Shown piece after piece: positions 54,897 through 64,000 of a stretch of DNA of 64,000 nucleotides (the stretch's first letter is position 1; every line of letters starts with the position of its first letter). The position numbers and the translations under genes were made by a program. The DNA is taken from assembly GCA_038148515.1 (NCBI GenBank), contig JAYQVP010000002.1, positions 166,537-230,536 on the forward strand. Reading direction: 5' to 3'. This DNA is from Poseidonia sp. (GTDB lineage: Archaea > Thermoplasmatota > Poseidoniia > Poseidoniales > Poseidoniaceae). Below the pieces are notes generated by a model that saw nothing but the letters and a program-made list of their open reading frames with translations, had not been told where the DNA came from and made no database searches.

Positions 54897-56390
54897 TCAA
54901 TAGCCAAGGTTTTGTTGACCGCAGACCGGACAGAAGCGCCAATACGCATCCAGACCGATGCCGCAACCTCGACAGTGCACGCCTGAGCGGATCGTGGGCT
55001 GAACCAGAGGTTGCTGAGGCTGTGGCCAGCCTTGTTGCTGCGGAGGAGGTTGTTGCCAGCCTTGTTGCTGCGGGGGTGGCTGTTGCCAGCCTTGTTGCTG
55101 CGGAGGTGGCTGTTGCCAGCCCTGCTGAACAGGCTGTTGGGGCATCGGGTCTCGAGCTTGTTGTTGGGGGGGTGAAGGTGCCGTGTTGCCTTGACCAAGC
55201 GGTTTACGGACGGGAGCAACGGGTTTTGGCAGCGATGCCGTTCGCTCTGCTGCGGGTGAAGCAATGAACTCTGAGAGCGACACGACCCCATCGCCATCGG
55301 TATCGGCTTCGGCGTGAAGAGCAGCCGCCTCTTCGAGCGTTGTGCCGGTGGCCTGTGCCAATTCCTCAATGTCCAAGGCTCCGCTTCCGTCGCCATCAGC
55401 GGCGATGAAATGCTCGGCGGCACTGACAAATTCTGAGGGTTCGTCATCTGTTGCCACCTCAACAGGAGACTCAACGGCTTCTGAAACTGATTCGGCTTGG
55501 AGAGGGGTGTCGTGGACATCAAGTTCGGTGCTGAACGCCCCTGCAAAGGCGTCTTGGGCGGCTCGGACAACCTGACGCTCGTTCTCGGTGTTGACCGGTG
55601 TGGTTTCACTGACGACCGGTTTTTCGACGGCTGGAAGCGCCACGCTTGCCGTTGGCAAGGGCACAGCGGGCGAGGGTGCATCGCTTGGCGTTGGCTCTGA
55701 TGGGGCTTGTTCAGACGAAGTCGGCGGAGGGGATGTCTGTTCCGCTGGTTCGGGTGACGGTGCCTTTTCAGGGGCCTGAGGCAAGGTCGTTTGCTCGGGC
55801 AAATCCACATCGGCAGCGGATGCGGATGAGCTGGCAAGGGTAGAGATCGGCAGAACATGGCCGGCCACGTCCAACGCAGCGTTCAGTTCGTGGTGGACCG
55901 CCACCAAGGTGTCAAGGTGGGAAGCCACATCTGAGAGGAGGGAAGCCAAGGCTTTGTCGTAAGTGCTCACCTCGCTTTCACCTCCTGTTTGGAAGGCCAC
56001 GGCGAAGAGTTTCATCATGCGCATGGGGTCAGCAAGTTGCTCCAAAGCCTGTCGCTGTGCGTCATCAAGAGTGGCTGCGGCTCCTGTTTCACCCATAGAA
56101 TCGGTTTGGCCAAGTGCGTGGAGCAGCGGATCGGGCAAACTCATCAGTCCAAGGTGACCAGCGACCAAGTAGTAAATCTCGCCGCCTTCGCACTGCATAC
56201 GTTCACTGGCGGCTTCGAAATCAAAATCACCCGGCCGAAGGACGATGTCGGACAGCAATTCGAAAAATTTCTCCAACGCTTGGCTCCGAGGCATGGCCAT
56301 CATGGCGTGCAGGACATCGGATGATTCGGTGACACCGAAGTAAGCAGCAGCCTCATCGACTTCAATGTCGGGGCCGCCTTGTTCTGCCAT
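54897..56390 (-). CDS. EF-hand / Q-P-repeat / C-terminal zinc-ribbon protein (hypothetical)
   Basis: Two EF-hand-like loops 'DGDGSGALDIEEL' and 'DTDGDGVVSLSEF', a tandem 'QQGWQQPPPQ' x4 block, and a C-terminal 'CRGCG...CPVCG'. It sits 50 nt downstream of, and co-directional with, the giant adhesin. Confidence 0.55.
   Translation of the reverse strand: MAEQGGPDIEVDEAAAYFGVTESSDVLHAMMAMPRSQALEKFFELLSDIVLRPGDFDFEAASERMQCEGGEIYYLVAGHLGLMSLPDPLLHALGQTDSMGETGAAATLDDAQRQALEQLADPMRMMKLFAVAFQTGGESEVSTYDKALASLLSDVASHLDTLVAVHHELNAALDVAGHVLPISTLASSSASAADVDLPEQTTLPQAPEKAPSPEPAEQTSPPPTSSEQAPSEPTPSDAPSPAVPLPTASVALPAVEKPVVSETTPVNTENERQVVRAAQDAFAGAFSTELDVHDTPLQAESVSEAVESPVEVATDDEPSEFVSAAEHFIAADGDGSGALDIEELAQATGTTLEEAAALHAEADTDGDGVVSLSEFIASPAAERTASLPKPVAPVRKPLGQGNTAPSPPQQQARDPMPQQPVQQGWQQPPPQQQGWQQPPPQQQGWQQPPPQQQGWPQPQQPLVQPTIRSGVHCRGCGIGLDAYWRFCPVCGQQNLGY
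55021..55130. repeat. about 3.5 tandem copies of a 30-bp unit (tgttgccagccttgttgctgcggaggtggc)
   Basis: Direct tandem repeats inside the EF-hand protein gene that encode the Q/P/W-rich repeat block. Confidence 0.7.
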
Positions 56391-56440
56391 GTCTTGTCAC
56401 CTAACAATTCGCCGAGTTCGGACCCCCATTTAAGTCCTCA

Positions 56441-59400
56441 TCAACCGCCTTCGGCGGCTTTGTTTTTCGCTAGGTTCCAAATCGCCCTTGATTGTTCAGC
56501 CGTCCACCCGGTTTCCTGAAGTTGCATCAACACGCCTCGCTCCTGCTCGCCGTCACTCATCGCACCAACCACCCAGTCGACAGCGGAAGTTCGGTCGTTG
56601 ACCTGCCAGTCTTCAAAGATGCTCAAATCGACCACAATCTTGGCTTTGCGTACCTTTGCAGCAGGCTCTTCCTCGACCGTGACGGATTTTTTCTTCGCCA
56701 CTTTCGCAGCGGGTTTGGCAGAACCCGGTGGACCCCCTGATGAACGTCCGGGTGGGCCGCCAGATGAGCGACCTGGGGGACCACTTGGTGCGCTCCGCTG
56801 AGACGGGCCGCCTGCTGGGCCACCGCGCTTGGCTGGGCCTCCTTGAGGCCCGCCTATGGGACCACCTTGAGGGCCGCCGCGCGGCCCACGCCCGGGTCCA
56901 GAAGAGGCCGGTGAACGTCCTGATGATGCACGACCTGCATTGGCTCGAGACGCCAGCGGCGTAGAAGCGCGTCGGTCGATGCGGTCAAAGACACTCTCTT
57001 CCTCGTCATCATCATCGAAGCCATCATCGTATTCATCCTCGTCATCGTCGTCACGCTCTCTGCGAAGCAGCACCGAAACGAGAATGAGCAGGAGAAGGAG
57101 GGCACCGCCACCACCGGCTACGAGCATGAGGGTTCCTGCATCGATGCCAAAGAGTCCCTCGGTCCCATCGCCAGACTGAGCAATGTACGGACAGCCGTCG
57201 TCGTACCCGTCAACGCCTTTGGCCACCTCAGGACAGTTGTCATCCGCATCCACCACGCCGTCGTTATCAGAATCACGTTCGGTGGGGTGACAGCCATCCT
57301 CATCGACCATGTTCACCACAGCAAATGGCGTGCGAGGGCACAGGTCGACGTTGGTCGCTCCTTCGACGAACACCCCTGGCCAAGATGGGTCACGGGTTGC
57401 CGTGAGGGAAGCATCCCCGTAATTGTCACCAAATCCGTCTCGGTCTGTGTCGCTCCATTGCGTGGGGTCACCTCGGAGGTTCACCGGTTCGTTGTCATCA
57501 CGCCACCCGTCACCGTCGTCGTAACATCCAAGGTAGTCGATGTAGGACGTTCCGGCCTCTTCGGGGCATTCGTCGGCGTTGGTGCCGTTGGGGTTATCGC
57601 CGTACCCGTCGTTGTCCTGATCGAACCACTGGGTGGGCTCGGTGGGGAAGGCATCTCCGGTTTGATTGACATGCAATCCCGTATCCGGGTCGATGTCGTA
57701 CGTGTACACGCCTGCATACCCGTCACCGTCAAGGTCAAGGTCGAGGGCACTTTCATCCGTGCAACCGTTTTCAAGGATGGGGAAGCCAGGCGGGGTGTCG
57801 TCGCATGCATCGTCCAAATCAACGATGCCGTCACCGTCCGTGTCTCGCTGTGCTTGCGAGCAACCTCGCTCGTCCACTTCATCGCCTGTCGCCGTGTTTG
57901 GACACGCATCCTCGGGGTCGTTGAGGCCATCGCCGTCGGAGTCGGTCGTTCGTTGCTCGGTGCTACAGCCCTCGGCGTCAACAGCGATGCTGGCTGCGGT
58001 GTTGGGGCACAGGTCAAGCAGGTTGCTGACGCCGTCATCATCGTCGTCCAATTGCGATTCGCCACACCCAGCAGCGTTGACGGTTTCTCCCGCTGGGGTG
58101 TTGGAGCATGCATCAACATCGTTGATAACGCCGTCGTTGTCCTCATCGTTCACGTCCACAACTCGGCACCCAATGGCAGTCAACGAGGGGTTGGAGGGGT
58201 GGGTGCCCTCTGCGACGCCGGCCTCAAACGGACAGACATCGCCCTCGAAGCCCGCTGGATTGTCACCAAAGCCGTCACCGTCGGTGTCAAGCCATTGATC
58301 CTTGATCGACGGGAAGGCGTCACCCGCTTGTTGCTCTCGCAATCCCGAAGTTGTGTTGAGCACGAATGAATACTGGTCGGTGTACATGTCCCCGTCCGAG
58401 TCCAGGCAGCCCTTCACCGGTAAGGTGGAATTGCCCCATTCTAAGGGACAGGCATCGAGTTGAATGCCTTCGCCGTTGCTGCCGTCGTACATCGCTGTCC
58501 AATTGTCAGCAAAGCCGTCACCGTCGGTGTCGTTGGCCGCCGCCTGTCGGTACGGGAACCGGTCTGGGGTGGTGGCGTTGGCTGATTGGTTGTCACCAAA
58601 GCCGTCACCGTCGGTATCGGCCCATTGCGTGGGGTCGAGTGGCCAACGGTCGGCCCCATGCTGATCAGCGTTCCATTCGAAAATCGTCCCTTCATCGGAG
58701 GGATCGCTCGAGCCGTCCCCATCGGTGTCAAGGCAACCGTTTCGGTCCCGGAAAGAGGTGCCAGCGTCCCAAGGGCAATAATCACCGTAAACGAGGTCGG
58801 TGTCGTTGTCGCCGTAGCCATCCCCGTCATAATCAGCATATTGCGATTCCAAGTAGGGGAACAAATCCCCCGGCCCAGCGTTTGGGTCGTATATCGGCAC
58901 CGAACAACAATCGGTTCCATGGTTGTCGCCAAATCCGTCGCCGTCGGTGTCAAGCGCCTGTTTCCAGTTGCTGTAAAATCGGTCCCCGTTCACGTAACTG
59001 CCGACGTTGTCGGACCAGCCGTCCTGGTCGTAGTCTTGACAGCCAAAGCGGTCGATCCACGAGGTCCCCGAATACTGGCCCCCGTTGCAGGCATCTAATG
59101 AATCGCTGAATCCATCCGAATCCACATCCTCGCACCCTTGGCTGATAAAGGAAGAGGAGCCGCTGACTGTAGGGCAATCATCGGGCAATGGACCCAGAGG
59201 ATTGTCCCCGTAGTTGTCGCCGTCCGAGTCGAGCCATTGGTCGCCAACCTCGGGTAGGGCATCGATGAGGTCGAAGACCAAATCGCGGTCGCTGTCCTCA
59301 TACAAGCGAAGCGCGCGGACGTCGTTTGGCGCCGTGTCCCAATAGGCTGCTTTGACCGTGCCGTCGGCATCCAGCGTTGCGCTCACAGGAGCCTCGATGA

Positions 59401-62400
59401 CAACATCGCCGAAGCGAACGCTCATCCATGGGGCTTGGTCCCCGAGAACGCCGTCAAGTTCCAAGGTATTGACCACCAAATGCTGGGTCGTAGGGTCGCT
59501 GGTGAGCAGAAGGAGATGCTCGCCCACCGTCACGATGTCCCATGCACCGTTGGCGGCCGCATCGGGCCGTTGGGCAATGGGGTTCCAAGCATAGGTCTGG
59601 TTCAACATGAAAATCGAGGAGGCGGCATTGCCACGAACGGCAAGAACGGGGTTGTCGCCTCCTTCAAGGTCCAATCTGAATTCGTTGGCGCTTCCACTGG
59701 GTTGGGTCACGGTATGGGCTTGCCAATCGGTGCTTCCGGGCCACAACTCCTGGACTTGCAGATACCCGTTCGTGGTCAGACTGGCGACCAGAAGGGAGCC
59801 GTTGCTGCGCAACGCCAGCGATAGTTCGGCGCCCGTGTCGGAGAAATTACCCAAACTGTGTTTGTACAAGGTTGACCCGTCGTGCATCCACAACGATAGG
59901 TTCGTCCCTGTACCGTTTGATGTCACAAGCGCCACTGCGAGGGTGCCGTTAGGCATGAAAACAGCTGGATGCTGCAACGACAGGGCTTCACCAGCATCGC
60001 CCAATGTCTCAAGCGACCAACTGCTGCCACCAACCGCCATCTCGAGTTGATCGGTGTCGGCATGTCGGTACACGAAATGCGGCACATTAGCGCTATCGAC
60101 AACCACGCTGATGGGTGAAGCCAGGGTTACGCTGCTGCGGACCAACTCATTGCTCCAGCCACTTGAGGTTTCCAATCCCGCATACATCTTGAGTCCTGCA
60201 CCAGATGTGTAAGCAAGCACTTGTTCGCCGTCCTGATTGAGTGAAGAGCCCAAGTATTGCCCCACAGTCCCGGTCGTCGCCACATCCTGAACCACGGCGG
60301 TCATGGAGGTGGTTGAGAACCAATCAATGCTGTTTCCATCTTCAGTGATGAGGACGGGTTGGCCCGTTGAACGGACTTCGAACGCAAACGAGAGATTGCT
60401 GGCATCGGTGTTCAGAATCGTTTGCCTCACCCATTGCCCTGTGGGGGTTCCGTCGTTCATGTGTTCAAGTTTTGACACATAGGTCACACCTGCATCGGTG
60501 TGGCTGAACACGATGCTCGTCTCGCCCCGTGCTGCCGTGGCCAATTCGAGGCCGTTGACGTCGCCGTCCATGGTGAACGAAAGCGATTCCCAATCACGCT
60601 CGGTGAGGATAATGTAATCCAACCCGAAGGTTGTTCCTCGGTTTGTGTTTCGGAGGGAGTAAACCACCTCGCTCAATCCGTCACCATCCACATCGCCAGT
60701 ACCAGCAAGATGGGCACCCAGCCGTTGGCCACTCGATCCGGAGGCCAAGAGTTGACCTTCTGAACGCAGACCGGAAGCGGAACCAAGGAAGAGTTGCACC
60801 ATGCCCGAAGACGAACCCATGTTGCTCGAGATGTACACATCGTCGTACCCGTCCTCGTTGACATCGCCAGCGGGAACGATGTCTTCGCCAATGCGGGCGT
60901 TGGGTGTTGAAGGCGACAGGAACCAATCGGGCGTACCCGACATAGAGCCAATCGCGCCCTCAAACAACCACAACGCGCCAGAGCCAAACGCCCCCGATGA
61001 GTTGTAAGGCTCGGTGATGATGTGGTCGTCAATGCCGTCCCCGTTCACATCACCGACACAAGCGATGAGATAACCCAACAATTTTCCTTGTGTCAGCGAT
61101 TGTACGGTGCGATCGGGTGTTCCATCATAGCCTGTCAATGAACCATAGAAGTACTCGATGGATGAGTAAGAGTTGATGTCGTCGTACGAGCCCGTGTTGC
61201 CTACGATGAGGTCGTCATAACCATCGCCGTCGACGTCGCATGCTTCCATCGAGCGGCCGAACAAATTGCCGTCCATGGATTGTGTAAGGTTGCGGGCGGG
61301 CACCAGACCGGATGTGACAGACATGTAGATGTTGACTTTTCCAGCATGAGTTTCGCTGCCCACCGTCTGAGTGTACGATTGAGCGACCGCAGCCACCATG
61401 TCAGGTGCGTTGGTCTGTGCCAAGACGGTGACCAAGCCCCCCAATCCTTCGCTTCCGGACCCTTCAACGGTGGTCCATGGCGTTGACGAGAGTCCGGAGG
61501 CGTTTCCAAGATAGACAACCACTTGGCCCGAAGGTGTCGACGAACTGTTCGCCGGATGCCAGCCAGGCGAGCCCACGACCAAATCCACTATGCCGTCGTT
61601 GTTGACATCGCCGACATCGAAGCTGGAACCAAACAGGGCGTCATCGTTGGCTCCTGTGAGAATCACGTCGGGGATGCTGGAAACGCCCTGAGGCGTTCCG
61701 TAGAACACATCAACGCGCCCGTTGGAGGTCATGCCCACCAAACTTGCTTCAGGCGTTGCAACAAGCAGATCGTCAAGCCCGTCGTCGTTCAGGTCGGCCA
61801 ACAGCAGCGAACCTTCTGAGACATCTTCTTCGCCCTCGACCACCCCCACGGGGGTGGGGTCCACCCGGCCCGTGTCTTGACCTGCAAGCGAACGAATCAG
61901 CTCGATGGAAAAGGACGTCGCTTCTTGAGTTGACGTCGCAACCTGTTCAACGAGGCTTCCGTCCAAGTCCATGCCTACGGCATCAACGAGGTCGGTATCG
62001 GCTTTCAGAACTCGCTCGTCACGGTCGAACCCGTCCACACGCAACAGGACCACTTCGTTGGTATCGGTTCGCAAATAGAGAATATGAGCAACGCCGTTCT
62101 CGTCCATCTGAAGTTCAATATCTTCGCCGACTGGCCCCGCATCCAGGACATAGGTGGTCCAGTAGGCTCCGCTAAAGTTCACTTGATGCAAAACCCCGTC
62201 TTGGGTTCGCATCAATCCCCACTCGACGCCACCGGGGGTGATTTCAAGTTCAAGCGAGGTGGGGTACACGTTTTCGAGAATGGTGCGAGTGTGCCATTTC
62301 GGCCCGTCCCAATAGGTCTGACTCATCATCGCGTAACGACCCATCTTCAGGTTTGGGCCGTCGGCATAGAGCACCCTCGGCAATTCGTGTGCAGGCGTTA

Positions 62401-62866
62401 CGGCAATGGCACAATCGACCAGCGTGCTGGTGTTGGCAGGCGTCACGTTGTCAACGAGAGAACTTTGCCACAGACCGTTGGAGCGATGCAAGGCTGTTCG
62501 GACAGGGCCTTCTTCGGTTGACCAGCAATAGTGCTCGTTGTTGTGTCGAGTCAGAGTCATGTCCGGCGTACCGTGGTGCTCGACCGAGGAGTTGTTCAAT
62601 TCCTCGCTCCACCAATAGTCGAGCAACGATTCGGGGCGAACGGTGGCCATGTCCAACCCGTCTACGCTGATGGCGGACCCAGCGATGTCGTGCCCGTACC
62701 CTGATGTGAGGTTGAATGATCCCGTTCGCATGGATGGCGACGCAGCATCTTCGAGGAGAGTCTCGAATGAAGGCGATGTGAATGCCATCGACCACGATGA
62801 AAGCACGAGACAGAGAACCAACGCAAGGCTTTGACGAAGAATTTTCTGCTGGCCGCCATCCGACAT
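56441..62866 (-). CDS. giant integrin-alpha-like surface adhesin (FG-GAP repeats + TSP3 repeats + TM + G/P-rich cytoplasmic tail)
   Basis: About 2141 aa from ATG 62866, with signal peptide 'LALVLCLVLSSWSMA'. FG-GAP/Ca-loop repeats 'DVDGDGYDDLIVG', 'DVNGDGIDDHII', 'DVNEDGYDDVYIS' and 'DVDGDGLSEVVYS'. Many TSP3-like 'DTDGDG' repeats, a TM helix 'LMLVAGGGGALLLLLILVSVLL', then an acidic stretch and 'GGPQGGP/GGPPGRSS' repeats. Confidence 0.8.
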   Translation of the reverse strand: MSDGGQQKILRQSLALVLCLVLSSWSMAFTSPSFETLLEDAASPSMRTGSFNLTSGYGHDIAGSAISVDGLDMATVRPESLLDYWWSEELNNSSVEHHGTPDMTLTRHNNEHYCWSTEEGPVRTALHRSNGLWQSSLVDNVTPANTSTLVDCAIAVTPAHELPRVLYADGPNLKMGRYAMMSQTYWDGPKWHTRTILENVYPTSLELEITPGGVEWGLMRTQDGVLHQVNFSGAYWTTYVLDAGPVGEDIELQMDENGVAHILYLRTDTNEVVLLRVDGFDRDERVLKADTDLVDAVGMDLDGSLVEQVATSTQEATSFSIELIRSLAGQDTGRVDPTPVGVVEGEEDVSEGSLLLADLNDDGLDDLLVATPEASLVGMTSNGRVDVFYGTPQGVSSIPDVILTGANDDALFGSSFDVGDVNNDGIVDLVVGSPGWHPANSSSTPSGQVVVYLGNASGLSSTPWTTVEGSGSEGLGGLVTVLAQTNAPDMVAAVAQSYTQTVGSETHAGKVNIYMSVTSGLVPARNLTQSMDGNLFGRSMEACDVDGDGYDDLIVGNTGSYDDINSYSSIEYFYGSLTGYDGTPDRTVQSLTQGKLLGYLIACVGDVNGDGIDDHIITEPYNSSGAFGSGALWLFEGAIGSMSGTPDWFLSPSTPNARIGEDIVPAGDVNEDGYDDVYISSNMGSSSGMVQLFLGSASGLRSEGQLLASGSSGQRLGAHLAGTGDVDGDGLSEVVYSLRNTNRGTTFGLDYIILTERDWESLSFTMDGDVNGLELATAARGETSIVFSHTDAGVTYVSKLEHMNDGTPTGQWVRQTILNTDASNLSFAFEVRSTGQPVLITEDGNSIDWFSTTSMTAVVQDVATTGTVGQYLGSSLNQDGEQVLAYTSGAGLKMYAGLETSSGWSNELVRSSVTLASPISVVVDSANVPHFVYRHADTDQLEMAVGGSSWSLETLGDAGEALSLQHPAVFMPNGTLAVALVTSNGTGTNLSLWMHDGSTLYKHSLGNFSDTGAELSLALRSNGSLLVASLTTNGYLQVQELWPGSTDWQAHTVTQPSGSANEFRLDLEGGDNPVLAVRGNAASSIFMLNQTYAWNPIAQRPDAAANGAWDIVTVGEHLLLLTSDPTTQHLVVNTLELDGVLGDQAPWMSVRFGDVVIEAPVSATLDADGTVKAAYWDTAPNDVRALRLYEDSDRDLVFDLIDALPEVGDQWLDSDGDNYGDNPLGPLPDDCPTVSGSSSFISQGCEDVDSDGFSDSLDACNGGQYSGTSWIDRFGCQDYDQDGWSDNVGSYVNGDRFYSNWKQALDTDGDGFGDNHGTDCCSVPIYDPNAGPGDLFPYLESQYADYDGDGYGDNDTDLVYGDYCPWDAGTSFRDRNGCLDTDGDGSSDPSDEGTIFEWNADQHGADRWPLDPTQWADTDGDGFGDNQSANATTPDRFPYRQAAANDTDGDGFADNWTAMYDGSNGEGIQLDACPLEWGNSTLPVKGCLDSDGDMYTDQYSFVLNTTSGLREQQAGDAFPSIKDQWLDTDGDGFGDNPAGFEGDVCPFEAGVAEGTHPSNPSLTAIGCRVVDVNDEDNDGVINDVDACSNTPAGETVNAAGCGESQLDDDDDGVSNLLDLCPNTAASIAVDAEGCSTEQRTTDSDGDGLNDPEDACPNTATGDEVDERGCSQAQRDTDGDGIVDLDDACDDTPPGFPILENGCTDESALDLDLDGDGYAGVYTYDIDPDTGLHVNQTGDAFPTEPTQWFDQDNDGYGDNPNGTNADECPEEAGTSYIDYLGCYDDGDGWRDDNEPVNLRGDPTQWSDTDRDGFGDNYGDASLTATRDPSWPGVFVEGATNVDLCPRTPFAVVNMVDEDGCHPTERDSDNDGVVDADDNCPEVAKGVDGYDDGCPYIAQSGDGTEGLFGIDAGTLMLVAGGGGALLLLLILVSVLLRRERDDDDEDEYDDGFDDDDEEESVFDRIDRRASTPLASRANAGRASSGRSPASSGPGRGPRGGPQGGPIGGPQGGPAKRGGPAGGPSQRSAPSGPPGRSSGGPPGRSSGGPPGSAKPAAKVAKKKSVTVEEEPAAKVRKAKIVVDLSIFEDWQVNDRTSAVDWVVGAMSDGEQERGVLMQLQETGWTAEQSRAIWNLAKNKAAEGG

Positions 62867-62975
62867 GGTTCTCTCACATCCACCGACCTTGAAAATCATT
62901 GTTGATTGCGGCCTTGCTCTTCAATTGCGGCCAACCATCCCAGCAACCCACATCGCTGGGTTGAGATAGGCCAAC

Positions 62976-63653
62976 ATGGCCGTCGAACTCATGGGCTCCA
63001 AACGATGGTTGGTCCTCCTCAATTCACCTTGGCTTCCCGCCAAAGAAATGGACCGGTACATTCGGTGGGCCGACGACGTGATGGCTTGCGACGGGGCACT
63101 GTTGGCATGTTCGACCCATCAGATCACACCCCAAGTCGTGGTGGGCGACATGGACAGCGCTCCTCGCCACCTCGTCGATGCGTACCTCGCTAGCGGAGGC
63201 GAACTCGTTGAGTCAATGGCGACGGACACCACTGACCTTGCCAAGGCGTTGATGGAAGTGAAACGTCGTGGAGGGACATCGTGCGTCGTGATTGGCGTCC
63301 AGGGGGGCGACCCGCAACATGAATGGGGGAACCTGTTCGCTTGCGCTGCGTCCGACCTTGAACTCGTGGTCCCTCTTGAAGAGAGCAAGGTGCTGTTTTC
63401 AGCCGCTGGGAAATCGTACTCTATAGAAATGGAGGCAGGGAGTGAGTTCTCAGTATTCGCTTGGCAAGCCTGTACCGGCGTGACGCTTACGGGTTGCCGC
63501 TACCCGCTGACCGACGAGCGGTTGGAGATGAGCGCGCGAGGCGTCCACAACGAAGCGGTTGACGCCCGCATCCTTCTCAGAGTCGACCAAGGTCGGTTGG
63601 CCATCATGACCCTTCCGAAGGTGGACCTGTTGGCAAGCCTTCGCGAAGCATGA
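62976..63653 (+). CDS. thiamine pyrophosphokinase
   Basis: 'VVVGDMDS' and 'ATDTTDLAKAL' match the TPK catalytic motifs (GDxDS, DQDxTD-like). Confidence 0.65.
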   Translation: MAVELMGSKRWLVLLNSPWLPAKEMDRYIRWADDVMACDGALLACSTHQITPQVVVGDMDSAPRHLVDAYLASGGELVESMATDTTDLAKALMEVKRRGGTSCVVIGVQGGDPQHEWGNLFACAASDLELVVPLEESKVLFSAAGKSYSIEMEAGSEFSVFAWQACTGVTLTGCRYPLTDERLEMSARGVHNEAVDARILLRVDQGRLAIMTLPKVDLLASLREA

Positions 63654-64000
63654 CCGAGTAGTCGCCCTCACCGTCCCATGCTTGAGCGCGTTCGTCAATG
63701 CGGGCGCTGGCCAAGGTGGCCTCAAAGCCCCCCCAGTCTTCGATCAGTTTGAGGCGGTACGCTGCTTTGGGCGTGTAGCCCGGCAGAAAGTTTCGCCACA
63801 GAAACGGTATTCGCCCCGGCGTCACTTGGTTGACGACCCTGACAATGGAGGTGTTGCAGGTAGTGAGCAAAGAATGGTACCATTCCGGTTCCACGGCCAA
63901 TTGGTTCAACTTGTCAACCAAGCCCAAGAGCATCATCTTGTCTTTGCCGGGTGGCGTTATGGCTCGGAACATGTAGTCCTTGTTCTTACGAGCATTCGTG
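63604..64000 (-). CDS. hypothetical protein (5' end probably beyond window end)
   Basis: The frame stays open upstream of the ATG at 63972 all the way to the window edge. It overlaps the TPK 3' end by 50 nt. Weak. Confidence 0.3.
   Translation of the reverse strand, partial: TNARKNKDYMFRAITPPGKDKMMLLGLVDKLNQLAVEPEWYHSLLTTCNTSIVRVVNQVTPGRIPFLWRNFLPGYTPKAAYRLKLIEDWGGFEATLASARIDERAQAWDGEGDYSVMLREGLPTGPPSEGS

Noticed and set aside
54584-55858. 424-aa Pro/Arg/His-rich ORF
   Set aside because: It is an alternative frame of the 54897-56390 gene and extends antisense into the aminopeptidase 3' end. Its composition is typical of spurious high-GC frames.
56724-56900. Imperfect 24-27-nt nucleotide repeats near the 3' end of the adhesin gene
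   Set aside because: They are simply the coding counterpart of the GGPQ/GPPGRSSGG low-complexity cytoplasmic tail, not an independent element. They are noted inside the adhesin finding instead.
1-64000. CRISPR arrays, integrases/transposases, rRNA genes, toxin-antitoxin or known defence-system genes
   Set aside because: Looked for regularly spaced short repeats and for recombinase, nuclease or NTPase signatures in every ORF. None were found, though short or degenerate CRISPR remnants cannot be excluded by eye.

Overview
This is a GC-rich (roughly 55-60% by eye) prokaryotic window that I read as archaeal. The evidence is an archaeal-type tRNA-Gln(CUG) beginning AGUCCC with no encoded CCA, an archaeal CTP-dependent FAD synthetase RibL, and an archaeal-type lumazine synthase. 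It could be a marine euryarchaeote of the Marine Group II/Poseidoniales kind, but that is inference only. The window is densely packed with about 55 genes, mostly housekeeping and metabolic.

Described content, in order along the window:
- A xanthine-dehydrogenase/CO-dehydrogenase-family molybdoenzyme operon (2Fe-2S, Mo-binding and FAD-binding subunits) that ends in a translationally coupled secreted acidic protein.
- Mo-cofactor accessory genes scattered elsewhere: xdhC, mocA/mobA-like, a moeB-rhodanese fusion and mogA.
- A halolysin-like S8 protease.
- A 1361-aa polytopic membrane protein coupled to a bacterial-type oligoribonuclease.
- An acyl-CoA dehydrogenase, a Na/Ca exchanger, an aquaporin and a fused E1 alpha-beta 2-oxoacid dehydrogenase component. 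The E1 is coupled to an MFS transporter and a receiver-domain protein.
- A Kv-like K+ channel with a zinc ribbon, thioredoxin reductase, and a complete ribB-ribL-ribE-ribH riboflavin operon.
- A bacterial-type gpsA, a phosphonate ABC transporter (phnDCE), tRNA-Gln, a NUDIX-MBL fusion, a quinone oxidoreductase, and an NFACT/Rqc2 homolog coupled to a methyltransferase.
- A thiolase, RNase PH, tRNA-Phe(GAA), a dihydroorotase-like amidohydrolase, M32 and M29 peptidases, and a thiamine pyrophosphokinase.
- Several surface proteins built from thrombospondin-type-3 and FG-GAP repeats, including a 2141-aa integrin-like adhesin.

No CRISPR array, integrase, transposase, rRNA or obvious defence-system gene was seen.

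The most unusual items are:
- a roughly 0.7-kb low-GC islet carrying an orphan acidic 108-aa ORF, inserted next to the riboflavin operon;
- the giant integrin-like adhesin followed by an EF-hand/zinc-ribbon protein;
- the receiver-MFS-orphan fused E1 operon;
- the 1361-aa membrane protein translationally coupled to Orn;
- bacterial-type lipid and RNA-processing genes (gpsA, orn, rph) sitting in an archaeal backbone.

All functional calls come from reading motifs in the supplied translations; no database searches were run.
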